From Chrysemys picta bellii (lineage: Eukaryota): a DNA stretch of 64,000 bases. The notes beneath the pieces are model-generated. The model was not told where the DNA came from. It saw only the letters and a program-made list of their open reading frames with translations, and made no database searches. Both the position numbers and the translations under genes were made by a program. Shown here in pieces: positions 62,366-64,000 of the stretch. The DNA is taken from contig NC_088793.1 of assembly GCF_011386835.1 (NCBI RefSeq), positions 49,476,001-49,540,000 on the forward strand, read 5' to 3'. How positions within the stretch are numbered: the stretch's first letter is position 1; each line of letters starts with the position of its first letter.

Positions 62366-63319
62366 CAGCCAGCTACACACAATACCGTATGTGGCCACTT
62401 AAATGTGTCCCCTTTCCACTGGTAGAGCCCAACCTAGACAATCAGAATTGCTTAGAAATATTACTCAGTGTCTCCCCTGGTGTCTTAACATGGTAAATGG
62501 GTTTCTCCTCTGCTAACTGACAGTCAAGCAAGGGAAAAAATACAAATAAGTGAGGCAATCTGACCATCAAGTCTCACTCACAGAGCTCAGTATAGGGTAA
62601 GAAAGGATCCCCGCAGACCCACTCTGTATCTCCTTTCCCTAAAATAGCACTCTTGTGGGAGGCAGGAATGAAGCCACCTTCAACTGAAGAATCATGGGAG
62701 AGGAGACATTATTGCCTCCAATGCTCAATGGATGAGAGTAGCCCTCACCTATTCCAATTCAAAGTACTTTTATTTTGTAAGAAAATGAAAACTGGTCTGG
62801 GATCCCATCCCTTCCCCCTCCCATTCCTTCTTTACTGGAGGTAGCATGGGTATTACTAGTGCTCTAGTAACTCCTGCAAGATGAGGAAACAGACCCAGAA
62901 TTGGATGTACATTGTGCAGAAGGCAGAGATCATTTATATAAGCTGTATACCCAGTTGGTTCTGTAGCTCCCAGGTTCAGAGTTGTGTTCCTTCCATATTA
63001 GTGGCCTTGTGCCCCGACTTTACCTCTGCAGAAGTCAGCCTTCTGTAGTCAGAACATGTCATATTTTGGGATCTTCACATCCCAGAGGGAAGACTATATT
63101 TTTTTTCTTAAGAGTGATGAAAATATCTTGTTCTCTTAAATGTTTTCATATTTGTAAATGTATTTTATTAACATTTTAAAATATTTCCCTCAGAACCAAA
63201 TGTGAAATTAAATCTTTCAAGTAGCACAAAAATATTTATGGAAACCTTTGCGCATATTAACCAGGACAAAAAACAACAACAGAAAAATAGTGGTGTTCTA
63301 TCAAGAAATCTTTGAGTAC

Positions 63320-63454
63320 CTGCTGCTTAGGCAAGTCTGCCTTTTCAGCCTTTTCTCTTTCTCCCTTGCTGAGGGTCTTGCTGATGTTTGACACCCATTT
63401 CAGTAAATCCCCAGCTTTCTCAACATGCTCTTTCTTTTCCTCTTCCATTGACTT
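63320..63454 (-). CDS. DST: Dystonin coding exon 1 of window ([13 protein letters not shown]...LPKQQ), 135 nt, phase 0-0
   Basis: ccccag acceptor, CAG|gtactc donor; 45 codons resembling human [31 protein letters not shown] (recalled). Confidence 0.93.
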
Positions 63455-64000
63455 CTGGGGGGTAATGTGCATCGTAAAAAATACATTTATTTAAACAGTT
63501 GAGATATTAAGTTGTCAGACCCACAAACTCTCAATCCTCGCATAATGCCACTATTACCACAAAAGCTACAATAGTTTGAGTAGTTTTATTTATTTATTTT
63601 ACCTTATGCATTACTGTCACCTATATGAAAATATATATGTAGATGCAATATAACTGGAGACATTAATAGAGGTAATTCCTCCAAGATAGTTGCACAGATT
63701 CTAAAATGGCTACGGTATATACATATTCACACACACACGAACCATTTTATAAACAGTACAGAAATAGATTAACCTCCCAGCCACTACTCAATAATTAAAA
63801 TCTAAATAATGCTTGTAGTCAGAAAAGCTAAACATCTTTGAATTGCTGCCTTTGCATTAGCCTTATATGCCTATAGCCAGCACTGGGTATCACACTTCCG
63901 GAGTACACTGGGATAGGTTACTAAATTACATTTAGGAGGAAATACAGTGTGATTATAGTCTTCGATCCAAGATATACTGAAAAATAATCAAAGGAGTCAC

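Noticed and set aside
1129-63454. Host gene could be MACF1 rather than DST
   Set aside because: The recalled human DST sequence matches exon by exon, including the giant exon start and the small NGEG exon.

Overview
Vertebrate genomic DNA, probably from a turtle (inferred from my recall of the repeat families; not verified). The whole window lies inside the dystonin gene (DST/BPAG1) on the minus strand. I traced 23 coding exons by hand (63454 down to 1129; 10,197 nt, 3,399 codons). Splice phases are consistent throughout if one intron uses a GC donor. They include the 5,964-nt plectin-repeat exon of the dystonin-b type, followed by spectrin-repeat rod exons. The gene continues beyond both ends of the window. 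The introns hold a decayed Tigger/pogo transposon, several hAT, Tigger and PIF/Harbinger MITEs, CR1 fragments, an R4/Dong-clade retrotransposon next to a TAA microsatellite, a Penelope-like hairpin with a hammerhead remnant, and a DIRS retrotransposon. Top candidate for something new: an in-phase alternative last exon at 25140-25276, with two ATTAAA signals, that would end dystonin mid-rod in an AKAP-like amphipathic helix. Also notable are tandem acidic YDxP motifs and a 12-residue repeat array inside the giant exon. All comparisons to known proteins and repeat families are from memory; no searches were run.
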